Source: Struthio camelus (lineage: Eukaryota). From it: a stretch of DNA of 64,000 bases. Below the pieces are notes generated by a model that saw only the letters and a program-made list of their open reading frames with translations, had not been told where the DNA came from and ran no database searches. Of the stretch, positions 34,201-44,508 are shown in pieces. A program made the translations under genes and the position numbers. How positions within the stretch are numbered: position 1 is the stretch's first letter; each line of letters opens with the position of its first letter. The stretch is from contig NC_090970.1 in NCBI RefSeq assembly GCF_040807025.1, positions 709,359 to 773,358 on the forward strand, given 5' to 3'.

Positions 34201-37200
34201 CTCCCCGGACGCCTGGGCCCCTCCCCGGACGCCTGGGCCCCTTCCCCGGACCCCTGGGCCCCTTCCCCGGACGCCTGGGCCCCTCCCCGGACGCCTGGGC
34301 CCCTTCCCCGGACCCCTGGGCCCCTTCCCCGGACGCCTGGGCCCCTCCCTGGACGCCTGGGCCCCCTCCCCGGACGCCTGGGTCCCTCCCCGGACGCCTG
34401 GGCCCCCTCCCTGGACGCCTGGGCCCCTCCCCGGACGCCTGGGTCCCTTCCCCGGACACCTGGGCCCCTTCCCCGGATGCCTGGGCCCCTCCCCGGACGC
34501 CTGGGCCCCTTCCCGGACACCTGGGCCCCTGCCCCGGACACCTGGGCCCTTCCCCGGACGCCTGGGCCCCTCCCCCGGACGCCTGGGTCCCTCCCCGGAC
34601 ACCTGGGCTCCTCCCCTCCCCACCCACCCGGACACCTGGGCCCCTTTCCCTGGATGCCTGGGCCCCTTCCCCAGACGCCTGGGCCCCCTCCCCGGACACC
34701 TGGGCCCCCTTCCCCGGACGCCTGGGCCCCTCCCCGGACACCTGGGTCCCTCCCCCGGACACCTGAGTCCCTCCCTGGACGCCTGGGCCCCTCCCCGGAC
34801 GCCTGGGCCCTTGCCCGGACGCCTGGGCCCCTCCCCGGACGCCTGGGCCCCTCCCCGGACACCTGGGTCCCTCCCCCGGACACCTGGGCCCCTTCCCCGG
34901 ACACCTGGGCCCCTTCCCAGACACCTGGGCCCCTCCCCGGACGCCTGGGCCCCTTCCCGGACGCCTGGACCCCTCCCCCGGACACCTGGGCCCCTCCCCG
35001 GACGCCTGGGCCCCTCCCCGGACGCCTGGGTCCCCTCCCTGGACACCTGGGTCCCTCCCCGGACGCCTGGGCCCCTTCCCCGGACACCTGGGCCCCTTCC
35101 CAGACACCTGGGCCCCTCCCCGGACGCCTGGGCCCCTTCCCGGACACCTGGACCCCTCCCCCAGACACCTGGGCCCCCTCCCTGGACACCTGGGCCCCTG
35201 CCCTGACACCCGGGCCCCTTCCCCAGACGCCTGGGCCCCTTCCCCGGACGCCTGGGCCCCTCCCGGACGCCTGGGCCCCTCTCCCCGCACACCTGGGTCC
35301 CTCTCCCAGACGCCTGGGCCCCTTCCCGGACACCTGGGCCCCTCCCCGGACACCTGGGCCCCTCCCAGACGCTTGGGCCCCTTCCCCGGACACGTGAGTC
35401 CCTCCCCGGACGCCTGGGTCCCCTGTCCCCAGACGCCTGGGCCCCTCCCCCGGACGCCTGGGCCCCCTCCCCGGACACCTGGGCCCCTTCCCCGGACGCC
35501 TGGGCCCCTCCTCTGGATGCCTGGGCCCCATCTCCCGGACGCCTGGGCCCCTGCCCCGGACGCCTGGGTCCCTCCCCGGACACCTGGGCCCCTCCCCGGA
35601 CACCTGGGCCCCCTTCCCCGGACGCCTGGGCCCCCTCCCCGGACGCCAGGGACCCTTCCCCGGACGCCAGGGACCCTTTCCCGGACACTTGGGCCCCTCC
35701 CCGGACACCTGGGCCCCTCCCCCGGACGCCTGGGCCCCTCTCCCTGCACACCTGGGCCCCTCCCCGGACGCCTGGGCCCCTTCCCGGACACCTGGACCCC
35801 TCCCCCGGACACCTGGGCCCCTCCCCGGACGCCTGGGCCCCTCCCCGGACGCCTGGGTCCCCTCCCTGGACACCTGGGTCCCTCCCCGGACGCCTGGGCC
35901 CCTTCCCCGGACGCCTGGGCCCCTTCCCGGACACCTGGGCCCCTCCCCGGACACCTGGGCCCCTCCCAGACGCTTGGGCCCCTTCCCCGGACACGTGAGT
36001 CCCTCCCCAGACGCCTGGGTCCCCTGCCCCGGACGCCTGGGCCCCTCCCCCGGACGCCTGGGCCCCCTCCCCGGACACCTGGGCCCCTTCCCCGGACGCC
36101 TGGGCCCCTCCTCTGGATGCCTGGGCCCCATCTCCCGGACGCCTGGGCCCCTGCCCCGGACGCCTGGGTCCCTCCCCGGACACCTGGGCCCCTCCCCGGA
36201 CGCCTGGGCCCCTCCCCGGACGCCAGGGACCCTTCCCCGGACGCCAGGGACCCTTTCCCGGACACTTGGGCCCCTCCCCGGACACCTGGGTCCCTTCCCC
36301 GGACACCTGGGCCCCTTCCCCGGACACCTAGGCCCCCTCCCCAGACAGCTGAGTCCCTCCCCCAGATGCTTGGGCCTCCTCCCCCGCACGCCTGGGCCCC
36401 TCCCCGGACGCCTGGGCCCCTTCCCCGGACGCCTGGTCCCCTTCCCCGGACACCTGGGCCCCTTCCTGGACACCTGGGTCCCTTCCCCGGACGCCTGGGC
36501 CCCTGCCCTGGACGCCTGGGCCCCTCCCCCGGACACCTGGGCCCCCTCCCCGGACGCCTGGGCCCCTTCCCGGACACCTGGGCCCCTCCCCCGGACACCT
36601 GGGCCCCTCCCCCGGACGCCTGGGTCCCTCCCCCGGACACCTGGGCCCCTCCCCGGACGCCTGGGTCCCTCCCCCGGACACCTGAGTCCCTCCCCGGACG
36701 CCTGGGCCCCTCCCCCGGACGCCTGGGTCCCTCCCCGGACGCCTGGGCCCCTCCCCGGACGCCTGGGCCCCTTCCCCGGACCCCTGGGCCCCTTCCCCGG
36801 ACGCCTGGGCCCCTCCCCGGACGCCTGGGCCCCTTCCCCGGACCCCTGGGCCCCTTCCCCGGACGCCTGGGCCCCTCCCTGGACGCCTGGGCCCCCTCCC
36901 CGGACGCCTGGGTCCCTCCCCGGACGCCTGGGCCCCCTCCCTGGACGCCTGGGCCCCTCCCCGGACGCCTGGGTCCCTTCCCCGGACACCTGGGCCCCTT
37001 CCCCGGATGCCTGGGCCCCTCCCCGGACGCCTGGGCCCCTTCCCGGACACCTGGGCCCCTGCCCCGGACACCTGGGCCCTTCCCCGGACGCCTGGGCCCC
37101 TCCCCCGGACGCCTGGGTCCCTCCCCGGACACCTGGGCTCCTCCCCTCCCCACCCACCCGGACACCTGGGCCCCTTTCCCTGGATGCCTGGGCCCCTTCC

Positions 37201-39135
37201 CCAGACGCCTGGGCCCCCTCCCCGGACACCTGGGCCCCCTTCCCCGGACGCCTGGGCCCCTCCCCGGACACCTGGGTCCCTCCCCCGGACACCTGAGTCC
37301 CTCCCTGGACGCCTGGGCCCCTCCCCGGACGCCTGGGCCCTTGCCCGGACGCCTGGGCCCCTCCCCGGACGCCTGGGCCCCTCCCCGGACACCTGGGTCC
37401 CTCCCCCGGACACCTGGGCCCCTTCCCCGGACACCTGGGCCCCTTCCCAGACACCTGGGCCCCTCCCCGGACGCCTGGGCCCCTTCCCGGACGCCTGGAC
37501 CCCTCCCCCGGACACCTGGGCCCCTCCCCGGACGCCTGGGCCCCTCCCCGGACGCCTGGGTCCCCTCCCTGGACACCTGGGTCCCTCCCCGGACGCCTGG
37601 GACCCTTCCCCGGACACCTGGGCCCCTTCCCAGACACCTGGGCCCCTCCCCGGACGCCTGGGCCCCTTCCCGGACACCTGGACCCCTCCCCCAGACACCT
37701 GGGCCCCCTCCCTGGACACCTGGGCCCCTGCCCGGACACCCGGGCCCCTTCCCCAGACGCCTGGGCCCCTTCCCCGGACGCCTGGGCCCCTCCCGGACGC
37801 CTGGGCCCCTCTCCCCGCACACCTGGGTCCCTCTCCCAGACGCCTGGGCCCCTTCCCGGACACCTGGGCCCCTCCCCGGACACCTGGGCCCCTCCCAGAC
37901 GCTTGGGCCCCTTCCCCGGACACGTGAGTCCCTCCCCGGACGCCTGGGTCCCCTGTCCCCAGACGCCTGGGCCCCTCCCCCGGACGCCTGGGCCCCCTCC
38001 CCGGACACCTGGGCCCCTTCCCCGGACGCCTGGGCCCCATCTCCCGGACGCCTGGGCCCCTGCCCCGGACGCCTGGGTCCCTCCCCGGACACCTGGGCCC
38101 CTCCCCGGACACCTGGGCCCCTTCCCCGGACGCCTGGGCCCCCTCCCCGGACGCCAGGGACCCTTCCCCGGACGCCAGGGACCCTTTCCCGGACACTTGG
38201 GCCCCTCCCCGGACACCTGGGCCCCTCCCCCGGACGCCTGGGCCCCTCTCCCTGCACACCTGGGCCCCTCCCCGGACGCCTGGGCCCCTTCCCGGACACC
38301 TGGACCCCTCCCCCGGACACCTGGGCCCCTCCCCGGACGCCTGGGCCCCTCCCCGGACGCCTGGGTCCCCTCCCTGGACACCTGGGTCCCTCCCCGGACG
38401 CCTGGGCCCCTTCCCCGGACGCCTGGGCCCCTTCCCGGACACCTGGGCCCCTCCCCGGACACCTGGGCCCCTCCCAGACGCTTGGGCCCCTTCCCCGGAC
38501 ACGTGAGTCCCTCCCCAGACGCCTGGGTCCCCTGCCCCGGACGCCTGGGCCCCTCCCCCGGACGCCTGGGCCCCCTCCCCGGACACCTGGGCCCCTTCCC
38601 CGGACGCCTGGGCCCCTTCCCGGACACCTGGGCCCCTCCCCGGACACCTGGGCCCCTCCCAGACGCTTGGGCCCCTTCCCCGGACACGTGAGTCCCTCCC
38701 CAGACGCCTGGGTCCCCTGCCCCGGACGCCTGGGCCCCTCCCCCGGACGCCTGGGCCCCCTCCCCGGACACCTGGGCCCCTTCCCCGGACGCCTGGGCCC
38801 CTCCTCTGGATGCCTGGGCCCCATCTCCCGGACGCCTGGGCCCCTGCCCCGGACGCCTGGGTCCCTCCCCGGACACCTGGGCCCCTCCCCGGACGCCTGG
38901 GCCCCTCCCCGGACGCCAGGGACCCTTCCCCGGACGCCAGGGACCCTTTCCCGGACACTTGGGCCCCTCCCCGGACACCTGGGTCCCTTCCCCGGACACC
39001 TGGGCCCCTTCCCCGGACACCTAGGCCCCCTCCCCAGACAGCTGAGTCCCTCCCCCAGATGCTTGGGCCTCCTCCCCCGCACGCCTGGGCCCCTCCCCGG
39101 ACGCCTGGGCCCCTCCCCGGACGCCTGGGCCCCTC
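28275..39135. repeat. Major 18-bp satellite array (GGACGCCTGGGCCCCTYCCC), about 10.9 kb, about 600 units, with nested higher-order periodicities of about 2.53 kb and about 3.7 kb
   Basis: Identical long peptides recur in the ORF track at 34477 and 37007 and at 35373 and 37903 (both pairs 2530 bp apart), and at 30783 and 34477 (3694 bp apart). The array fills the interval between the CRE/TATA promoter and the NOP10 polyA site. Confidence 0.95.
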
Positions 39136-39171
39136 CCCCAGGCGCAGCCACGTGCTCTCTCTGCATCATCC

Positions 39172-39177
39172 TTTATT
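39172..39177 (-). terminator. NOP10: NOP10 polyadenylation signal AATAAA (minus strand), about 180 nt after the stop
   Basis: TTTATT on the plus strand at 39172-39177, immediately adjacent to the end of the 18-bp satellite array. Confidence 0.7.
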
Positions 39178-39353
39178 CCCGCCGCCGCCGCGCGCCGCAG
39201 GGGGCGGAGCCCGGCCCCGCCCCCCCGCCATCGCCCCGCCCTGCCGCGCGGCGCCCGGGTGCGCGCGGCAGAGGCGTCCGGGCGGGCAGGGCGCGGCGGC
39301 GGCCGCGTTCCGGGCGCGCGCTGGTTCCGGCCGGGCCGGGGTCGGGGCCGGGC

Positions 39354-39494
39354 TCAGAGGAGCGGGCGCGGGCGCTGCGTGAGCAGGACGCCGAAGCGGC
39401 GCTTGAGGGCCAGGCGGTGCCGCGAGAACTTGTCGTCGGGCGAGAAGCGGGCCGGGTGCGCCGAGGCCGTCTGCCGCCCGTCCGGGGCCGCCTT
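39354..39494 (-). CDS. NOP10: NOP10 (H/ACA snoRNP subunit 3) exon 2: [46 protein letters not shown]
   Basis: Matches human NOP10 [41 protein letters not shown]. Stop TGA at 39356-39354 agrees with the ORF track. Exons 1+2 give 64 aa, the same as human. The acceptor cag at 39495-39497 is phase 0. Confidence 0.9.
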   Translation of the reverse strand, partial: KAAPDGRQTASAHPARFSPDDKFSRHRLALKRRFGVLLTQRPRPLL

Positions 39495-39529
39495 CTGCCG
39501 CGGGCCAGCGCGCTCCACCCGCCGCCCGC

Positions 39530-40380
39530 CCCGCCGCCCCGCTACCGGGACCCCCCGGACCCGGTTCCCCCCAGACCCCGATCTGCCCCGGTCCCGTTCC
39601 CCCCCGGTCCCGGTCCCCCCCGTTCCCGGTTCCCCCCTTTTCCGGTTCCCCCCTTTTCCGGTTCCCCCCGCTCCCGGTTCCCCCCTTTTCCACTTCCCCC
39701 CGTTCCCGTTCCCCCCCCGTTCCCGTTCCCCCCTGATCCCGGTCCCCCTGGTCCCGCTCCCCCCCCGGTCCCGCTCCCCCCGGTCCCGGTTCCCCCCCGG
39801 TCCCGCTCCCCCCGGTCCCGCTCCCCCCCGGTCCCGCTCCCCCCCGGTCCCGCTCCCCCCGCTCCCGCTCCCCCCCGGTCCCGCTCCCCCCCGCTCCCGG
39901 TTCCCCCCCGCTCCCGCTCCCCCCCCCGGTCCCGCTCCCCCCCGGTCCCGGTTCCCCCCCGCTCCCGCTCCCCCCCCCGGTCCCGCTCCCCCCCCGCTCC
40001 CGGTCCCCCCGGTCCCGCTCCCCCCCGGTCCCCCCCGCTCCCGGTCCCCCCCGCTCCCCCCCCCGGTCCCGCTCCCCCCCGCTCCCGGTTCCCCCCCGGT
40101 CCCGCTCCCCCCCCGCTCCCGTTCTCCCCCCGCTCCCGTTCCCCCCCGGTCCCGTTCCCCCCCCGCTCCCGCTCCCCCCCCGCTCCCGTTCCCCCCCGCT
40201 CCCGCTCCCCCCCCGCTTCCGGTCCCCCCCGCTTCCGGTCCCCCCCCGCTCCCGCTCCCCCCCGGTCCCGCTCCCCCCCGGTCCCGCTCCCCCCCCCGGT
40301 CCCGCTCCCCCCCCCGGTCCCGCTCCCCCCCCCGCTCCCGCTCCCCCCCCGGTCCCGCTCCCCCCCCGGTCCCGCTCCGG
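39530..40380. repeat. 12-bp C-rich tandem repeat (CCCGGTCCCGCTCCCC variants) making up essentially all of NOP10 intron 1
   Basis: About 70 units. It generates a long proline-rich artefact ORF on the plus strand. Confidence 0.9.
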
Positions 40381-40383
40381 TAC

Positions 40384-40437
40384 CTGCAGCGTGTACACCC
40401 GCTCCCCCCGCTCGTTCTCGTAGAACTGCAGGAACAT
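40384..40437 (-). CDS. NOP10: NOP10 exon 1: [18 protein letters not shown]
   Basis: Matches the NOP10 N-terminus MHLMYTLGPDGKRIYTLKK. ATG at 40437-40435. Donor CAG|GTACCG. The 889-bp intron is almost pure 12-bp repeat. Confidence 0.85.
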
Positions 40438-40531
40438 GATGTCGCCGCTGCCGCCGCCGCCGCAAGGTTCGCCGGGAAGGGGGGGGCGGGGCCGCACGGC
40501 ACCCTGGGACGGCGGCGGGGCGCGGGGCACG

Positions 40532-40547
40532 CTGGGAAGTGTAGTCC
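40532..40547. promoter_or_regulatory. ZNF143/THAP11 (SBS/M8-type) motif CTGGGAAGTGTAGTCC in the NOP10 / NUT-like bidirectional CpG-island promoter
   Basis: Matches the CTGGGARNTGTAGTY consensus, i.e. ACTACAnTTCCC on the other strand. It lies about 95 bp upstream of the NOP10 ATG on the minus strand. Confidence 0.55.
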
Positions 40548-40559
40548 TGGGGAGGGGCA

Positions 40560-41050
40560 CACCGGGCAGGGGCCCAGGCGTCCGGGGAGGGGCCCAGGTG
40601 TCCGGGGAAGGGGCCCAGGTGTCCGGGGAGGGGGCCCAGGCGTCCGGGTAAGGGGCCCAGGTGTCCGGGAGGGGCCCAGGTGTCCGGGGAAGGGGCCCAG
40701 GTGTCCGGGGAGGGGGCCCAGGCGTCCGGGAAGGGGCCCAGGCGTCCGGGGAGGGGGCCCAGGCGTCCGGGGAAGGGGCCCAGGCGTCCGGGGAGGGGGC
40801 CCAGGCGTCCGGGGAGGGGCCCAGGAGTCCGGGGAGGGGCCCAGGTGTCTGGGGAAGGGGCCCAGGAGTCCGGGGAGGGGCCCAGGTGTCTGGGGAAGGG
40901 GCCCAGGCGTCCGGGGAGGGGCCCAGGTGTCTGGGGAAGGGAACCAGGTGTCTGGCAAGGGGCCCAGGCGTCCGGGGAGGGGCCCAGGCATCCTGGGAAG
41001 GGGCCCAGGTGTCAGCAGAGGGGCCCAGGCGTCCGGGGAGGGGCCCAGGC
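40560..41050. repeat. 18-bp satellite family (GGGCCCAGGCGTCCGGGG orientation) inside the NOP10 / NUT-like divergent promoter interval
   Basis: Same family as the major array, about 27 units. Confidence 0.85.
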
Positions 41051-41316
41051 GTCCAGGCCCCGCCCAGAAGCCGTTGGGACGGTCGGGGCGGGGGCCGTTT
41101 CCATGGTGCCCCCCCGCTTGCTTGAGGCCAGGACACCTGGGTCCCTCTCCCAGCCCCACCACCCCGGTCGCCCGGGTCCCCTTGAGGGGTGTCGGGGGGC
41201 AACAAGGGCACCCGGACGCCTGGGTCCCTGCTTGGGGGAGGGGCGCGGACCCCCCCCTTCTTCCTGCCCCCCAGCTCCTCCCCCAGCAGAGGGAAGGGGG
41301 GGGGTCCTGCCCCATC

Positions 41317-41388
41317 ATGGCCGCCCCAGAGCCGGGTCTCCTGCCCTACTTGGAGCAGCTCTGCGCCCACCACGACTTCCTCTGCCAG
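41317..41388 (+). CDS. NUTM1: NUTM1-like gene, first recognisable coding exon: [24 protein letters not shown]
   Basis: Matches the NUT-family block MYPDPGLLSYINELCSQKVF. Donor CAG|GTGGGT. An in-frame acceptor, ttcttcctgccccccag at 41258-41274, would extend the exon 5' to 41275, so the true start is uncertain. Confidence 0.6.
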
Positions 41389-41478
41389 GTGGGTGGCAGG
41401 GGCCCAGGCGTCCGGGGGAAGGGGCCCAGGCGGGCCGGGGAAGGGGGCCCAGGCGTCCGGCTTCGCTCTCTCCCGCAG

Positions 41479-41595
41479 GCCGAGGCCGTGCTCTACCCGC
41501 CCTTCGTGGCCGCCCTGCTGTCCCCGGAGCCGCACCGCGACCCCCTGGCCCTGGCGGCGGAGCTGGAGGAGGAGCACGGGCTGAGCCCCGGCCAG
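41479..41595 (+). CDS. NUTM1: NUTM1-like exon: AEAVLYPPFVAALLSPEPHRDPLALAAELEEEHGLSPGQ
   Basis: Matches NUTM1 [39 protein letters not shown]. Acceptor cttcgctctctcccgcag, donor CAG|GTGCCC. 117 nt = 39 codons. Confidence 0.8.
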
Positions 41596-41684
41596 GTGCC
41601 CCGGACGCCTGGGTCCCCGCGGGGCGGGGGGAGGGGCCCCGAGGCCGCCTCGGGGGTGACGCCCGCCTCCCCTTGTCCCCGCAG

Positions 41685-42737
41685 CTGGTGGAGCGACGTC
41701 TGCGGGAGCTCGGCCCCCCGGCTTCCTCCGACGTGGCCGCCGCTGCGGAGGGTCCCGAGGCCACCAAGATGGCCGCCAGGCCCAGGAGTGAGGGCCCAGC
41801 CAACGTGGCTGCTCCCAAAGAGCACCTCGTGGCTGCCAAGATGGCCGCCAGCCCCAGGAGTGAGGGCCCAGCCAACATGGCTGCTCCCATAGAGCACCTC
41901 GTGGCTGCCAAGATGGCCACCAGCCCCAGGAGTGAGGGCCCAGCCAACATGGCTGCTCCCATAGAGCACCTCGTGGCTGCCAAGATGGCCGCCAGCCCCA
42001 GGAGTGAGGGCCCAGCCAACATGGCTGCCCCCACGGAGCGCCCCATGGCCTTCAAGATGGCTGCTAGCCCCACAAGTGGTAGTATAGCCAACGTGGCTGC
42101 CCCCACGGAGTGCCGCACGCCCGCCAAGATGGCCGACAGCACGGTGAGGGATGGCGCCCCCATCCTGGCTGCCACCGTGACCTGCCCCGCACCTCCCAAG
42201 ATGGCCGCCAGCCCCGTGAGCGTTGACACGCCCAATATGGCTGCCCCCGCGGAGCAGCCTGTGGCCTCCAAGATGGCCGACGGCGCCGTGAGAGATGCTG
42301 CGTCCAGCATGGCCGCTGCCGTAGAGCATCTCGCGGCCTCCAAGATGGCCGACAGCAGTGGGAGTGACGGCGCCCCCAAGATGGCCGCCCCCACGGAGCG
42401 CCCTGTGCCTTCCAAGATGGCTGCTGGCCCCATGAGTGACGACGCCCCCAAGATGGCCGCCCCCACGGAGCGCCCTGCATCCCCCAAGATGGCCGCCAGC
42501 CCCGTGACCCGCAGCGCCGCCAAGATGGCCGCCGCCCACGCCAGCCCCGCCCCCAAGATGGCCGCCCGCCGCGCGACTCGCGCCTCCCCCAAGGTGGCCG
42601 CCGCCCCTCCGGTGACCCGCGGCGCCGCCAAGATGGCCGCCGAGCTCCGCCCGCCGGGCCCCGCCCCCAAGATGGCCGCCACCGCTCCGCGGGGGCGGGG
42701 CCGCCCCGCCCGCCGGGCCCCGCCCCCCACCCCGTAG
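41685..42737 (+). CDS. NUTM1: NUTM1-like terminal exon: LVERRLREL... followed by about 15 tandem 20-aa units (AAKMAASPRSEGPANMAAPIEHLV variants), ending ...RRAPPPTP*
   Basis: Begins with the NUT block LVQKRLMALEEE. Acceptor ccttgtccccgcag. It is an uninterrupted 1053-nt ORF to a TAG at 42735. The 60-bp coding repeats carry AAGATGGCCGCC, a one-mismatch version of the YY1 consensus. No AATAAA is seen downstream, so the 3' end is unknown. Confidence 0.65.
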   Translation: MVERRLRELGPPASSDVAAAAEGPEATKMAARPRSEGPANVAAPKEHLVAAKMAASPRSEGPANMAAPIEHLVAAKMATSPRSEGPANMAAPIEHLVAAKMAASPRSEGPANMAAPTERPMAFKMAASPTSGSIANVAAPTECRTPAKMADSTVRDGAPILAATVTCPAPPKMAASPVSVDTPNMAAPAEQPVASKMADGAVRDAASSMAAAVEHLAASKMADSSGSDGAPKMAAPTERPVPSKMAAGPMSDDAPKMAAPTERPASPKMAASPVTRSAAKMAAAHASPAPKMAARRATRASPKVAAAPPVTRGAAKMAAELRPPGPAPKMAATAPRGRGRPARRAPPPTP

Positions 42738-42779
42738 CCCCGCCCCCATGTCCCCCCCCCCGGTGTCCCACACGTGACC

Positions 42780-44460
42780 TCATACATGTGTCCTCCAACG
42801 CGTCCCGCGTCCTCGCACACGTGTCCCCCCTCCCCCACACGTGTCCCCACCCGTGTCCATCCCGGGTCCCGTCACGCCGGGTGCCACCTACTCGGCGGCC
42901 CGTGTTTGTCCCGTGTCCCCACGTCCATGTCTACGTCCCCACGTCCATGTCCACGTCCCCACGTCCCTCATGTCCACGCCCCCATGTCCCCGTGGCCGTG
43001 ATGTCCCTCACGTCCATGTCCCCATGTCCCGTGTCCCCACGTCCATGTCCCCCATGTCCGGGTCCACGTTCTTCATGTCCCTCACGTCCATGTCCACGTC
43101 CCCACGTCCATGTCACCACACCCACGTCCCTCATGTCCACGCCCCCATGTCCCCGTGGCCGTGATGTCCCTCACGTCCATGTCCCCATGTCCCGTGTCCC
43201 CACGTCCATGTCCCCCATGTCCGGGTCCACGTTCTTCATGTCCCTCACGTCCATGTCTACGTCCCCACGTCCACGTCACCACACCCACGTCCCTCATGTC
43301 CACGCCCCCATGTCCCCGTGGCCGTGATGTCCCTCACGTCCATGTCCCATGTCCCCACGTCCATGTCCCCCATGTCCGGGTCCACGTTCTTCATGTCCCT
43401 CACGTCCATGTCTACGTCCCCACGTCCACGTCACCACACCCACGTCCCTCATGTCCACGTCCCCCATGTCCCCGTGGCCGTGATGTCCCTCACGTCCATG
43501 TCCCCATGTCCCGTGTCCCCACGTCCACGTCCCCCATGTCCGGGTCCACGTTCTTCATGTCCCTCACGTCCATGTCTACGTCCCCACGTCCACGTCACCA
43601 CACCCACGTCCCTCATGTCCACGCCCCCCATGTCCCCGTGGCCGTGATGTCCCTCGTGTCCATGTCCCCATGTCCCGTGTCCCCACGTCCACGTCCCCCA
43701 TGTCCGGGTCCACGTTCTTCATGTCCCTCACGTCCATGTCTACGTCCCCACGTCCATGTCCCCACACCCACGTCCCTCATGTCCACGCCCCCAATGTCCC
43801 CGTGGCCGTGATGTCCCTCACGTCCATGTCCCCATGTCCCGTGTCCCCACGTCCACGTCCCCCATGTCCGGGTCCACGTTCTTCATGTCCCTCACGTCCA
43901 TGTCTACGTCCCCACGTCCATGTCCCCACACCCACGTCCCTCACGTCCACGTCCCCAATGTCCCCACGTCCATGATGTCCCTCACGTCCACGTCCCCACC
44001 TCCACGTCCCTCGCGTCCACGTCCCCAATGTCCCCACGTCCATGATGTCCCTCACGTCCATGTCCCCAATGTCCCCACGTCCATGATGTCCCTCACGTCC
44101 ACGCCACCACCTCCACGTCCCTCACGTCCACGTCCCCGATGTCCCCACGTCCATGATGTCCCTCACGTCCACGTCCCCACCTCCACGTCCCTCACGTCCA
44201 CGTCCCCGATGTCCCCACGTCCATGATGTCCCTCACGTCCATGTCCCCAATGTCCCCACGTCCATGATGTCCCTCACGTCCACGCCACCACCTCCACGTC
44301 CCTCACGTCCACGTCCCCGATGTCCCCACGTCCATGATGTCCCTCATGCCCACGTCCCCACCTCCACGTCCCTCACGTCCACGTCCCCGATGTCCCCACG
44401 TCCATGTCCGTGTCCACGTCCCCGACGTCCCCCCCCACCCCACCTCCACCTCCCCGACGC
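42780..44460. repeat. CACGTCCATGTCCCC satellite (about 15-bp subunits, about 150-210-bp higher-order repeat) between the NUT-like 3' end and the TTC5 3' end
   Basis: Recurrent ...CACGTCCATGTCCCCATGTCCCGTGTCCCC... ORF-track peptides recur (MSPRP..., TSMSPMSGSTFFMSLTSMSTSPRP). Confidence 0.85.
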
Positions 44461-44502
44461 CCCCCAACCCCTCACTGGCTCGCCGGCGGCCGCTGGGGCA
44501 CC

Positions 44503-44508
44503 TTTATT
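44503..44508 (-). terminator. TTC5: TTC5 polyadenylation signal AATAAA overlapping the TAA stop codon (ggcCAATAAAgg)
   Basis: TTTATT on the plus strand at 44503-44508. The stop TAA is bases 3-5 of the hexamer. Confidence 0.65.

Noticed and set aside
28270-39020. Giant ORFs in the supplied track (e.g. 28270..36327 minus 2685 aa, 29367..39020 minus 3217 aa, 581..5050 plus 1489 aa, 13587..17957 minus) that read as collagen-like or proline-rich PGPLPRTPG / GPGVRGRGP polymers
   Set aside because: They are in-frame translations of the 18-bp satellite. 18 is a multiple of 3, so every frame stays open. They are open in several frames on both strands at once, have no start context, no splice structure and no homology beyond low complexity.
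28275-39135. A CRISPR-array interpretation of the very regular short repeats
   Set aside because: The units are contiguous and there are no unique spacers. The sequence context is eukaryotic, with GT-AG introns, AATAAA signals, CpG islands and vertebrate gene homologues.
39259-41892. 877-aa plus-strand ORF with a long [12 protein letters not shown] proline-rich run across 39540-40380
   Set aside because: The proline run is the antisense of the 12-bp C-rich repeat that forms NOP10 intron 1. Only the short segments at 41317-41388 (exon a), and possibly 41275-41316, are supported as NUT-like coding sequence.
41315-42850. Minus-strand ORFs (511 aa and 426 aa) overlapping the NUT-like repeat exon
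   Set aside because: They are antisense to a well-supported plus-strand CDS. The periodic AAILGA/GHLGG peptides are just the reverse-complement frames of the 60-bp coding repeat.
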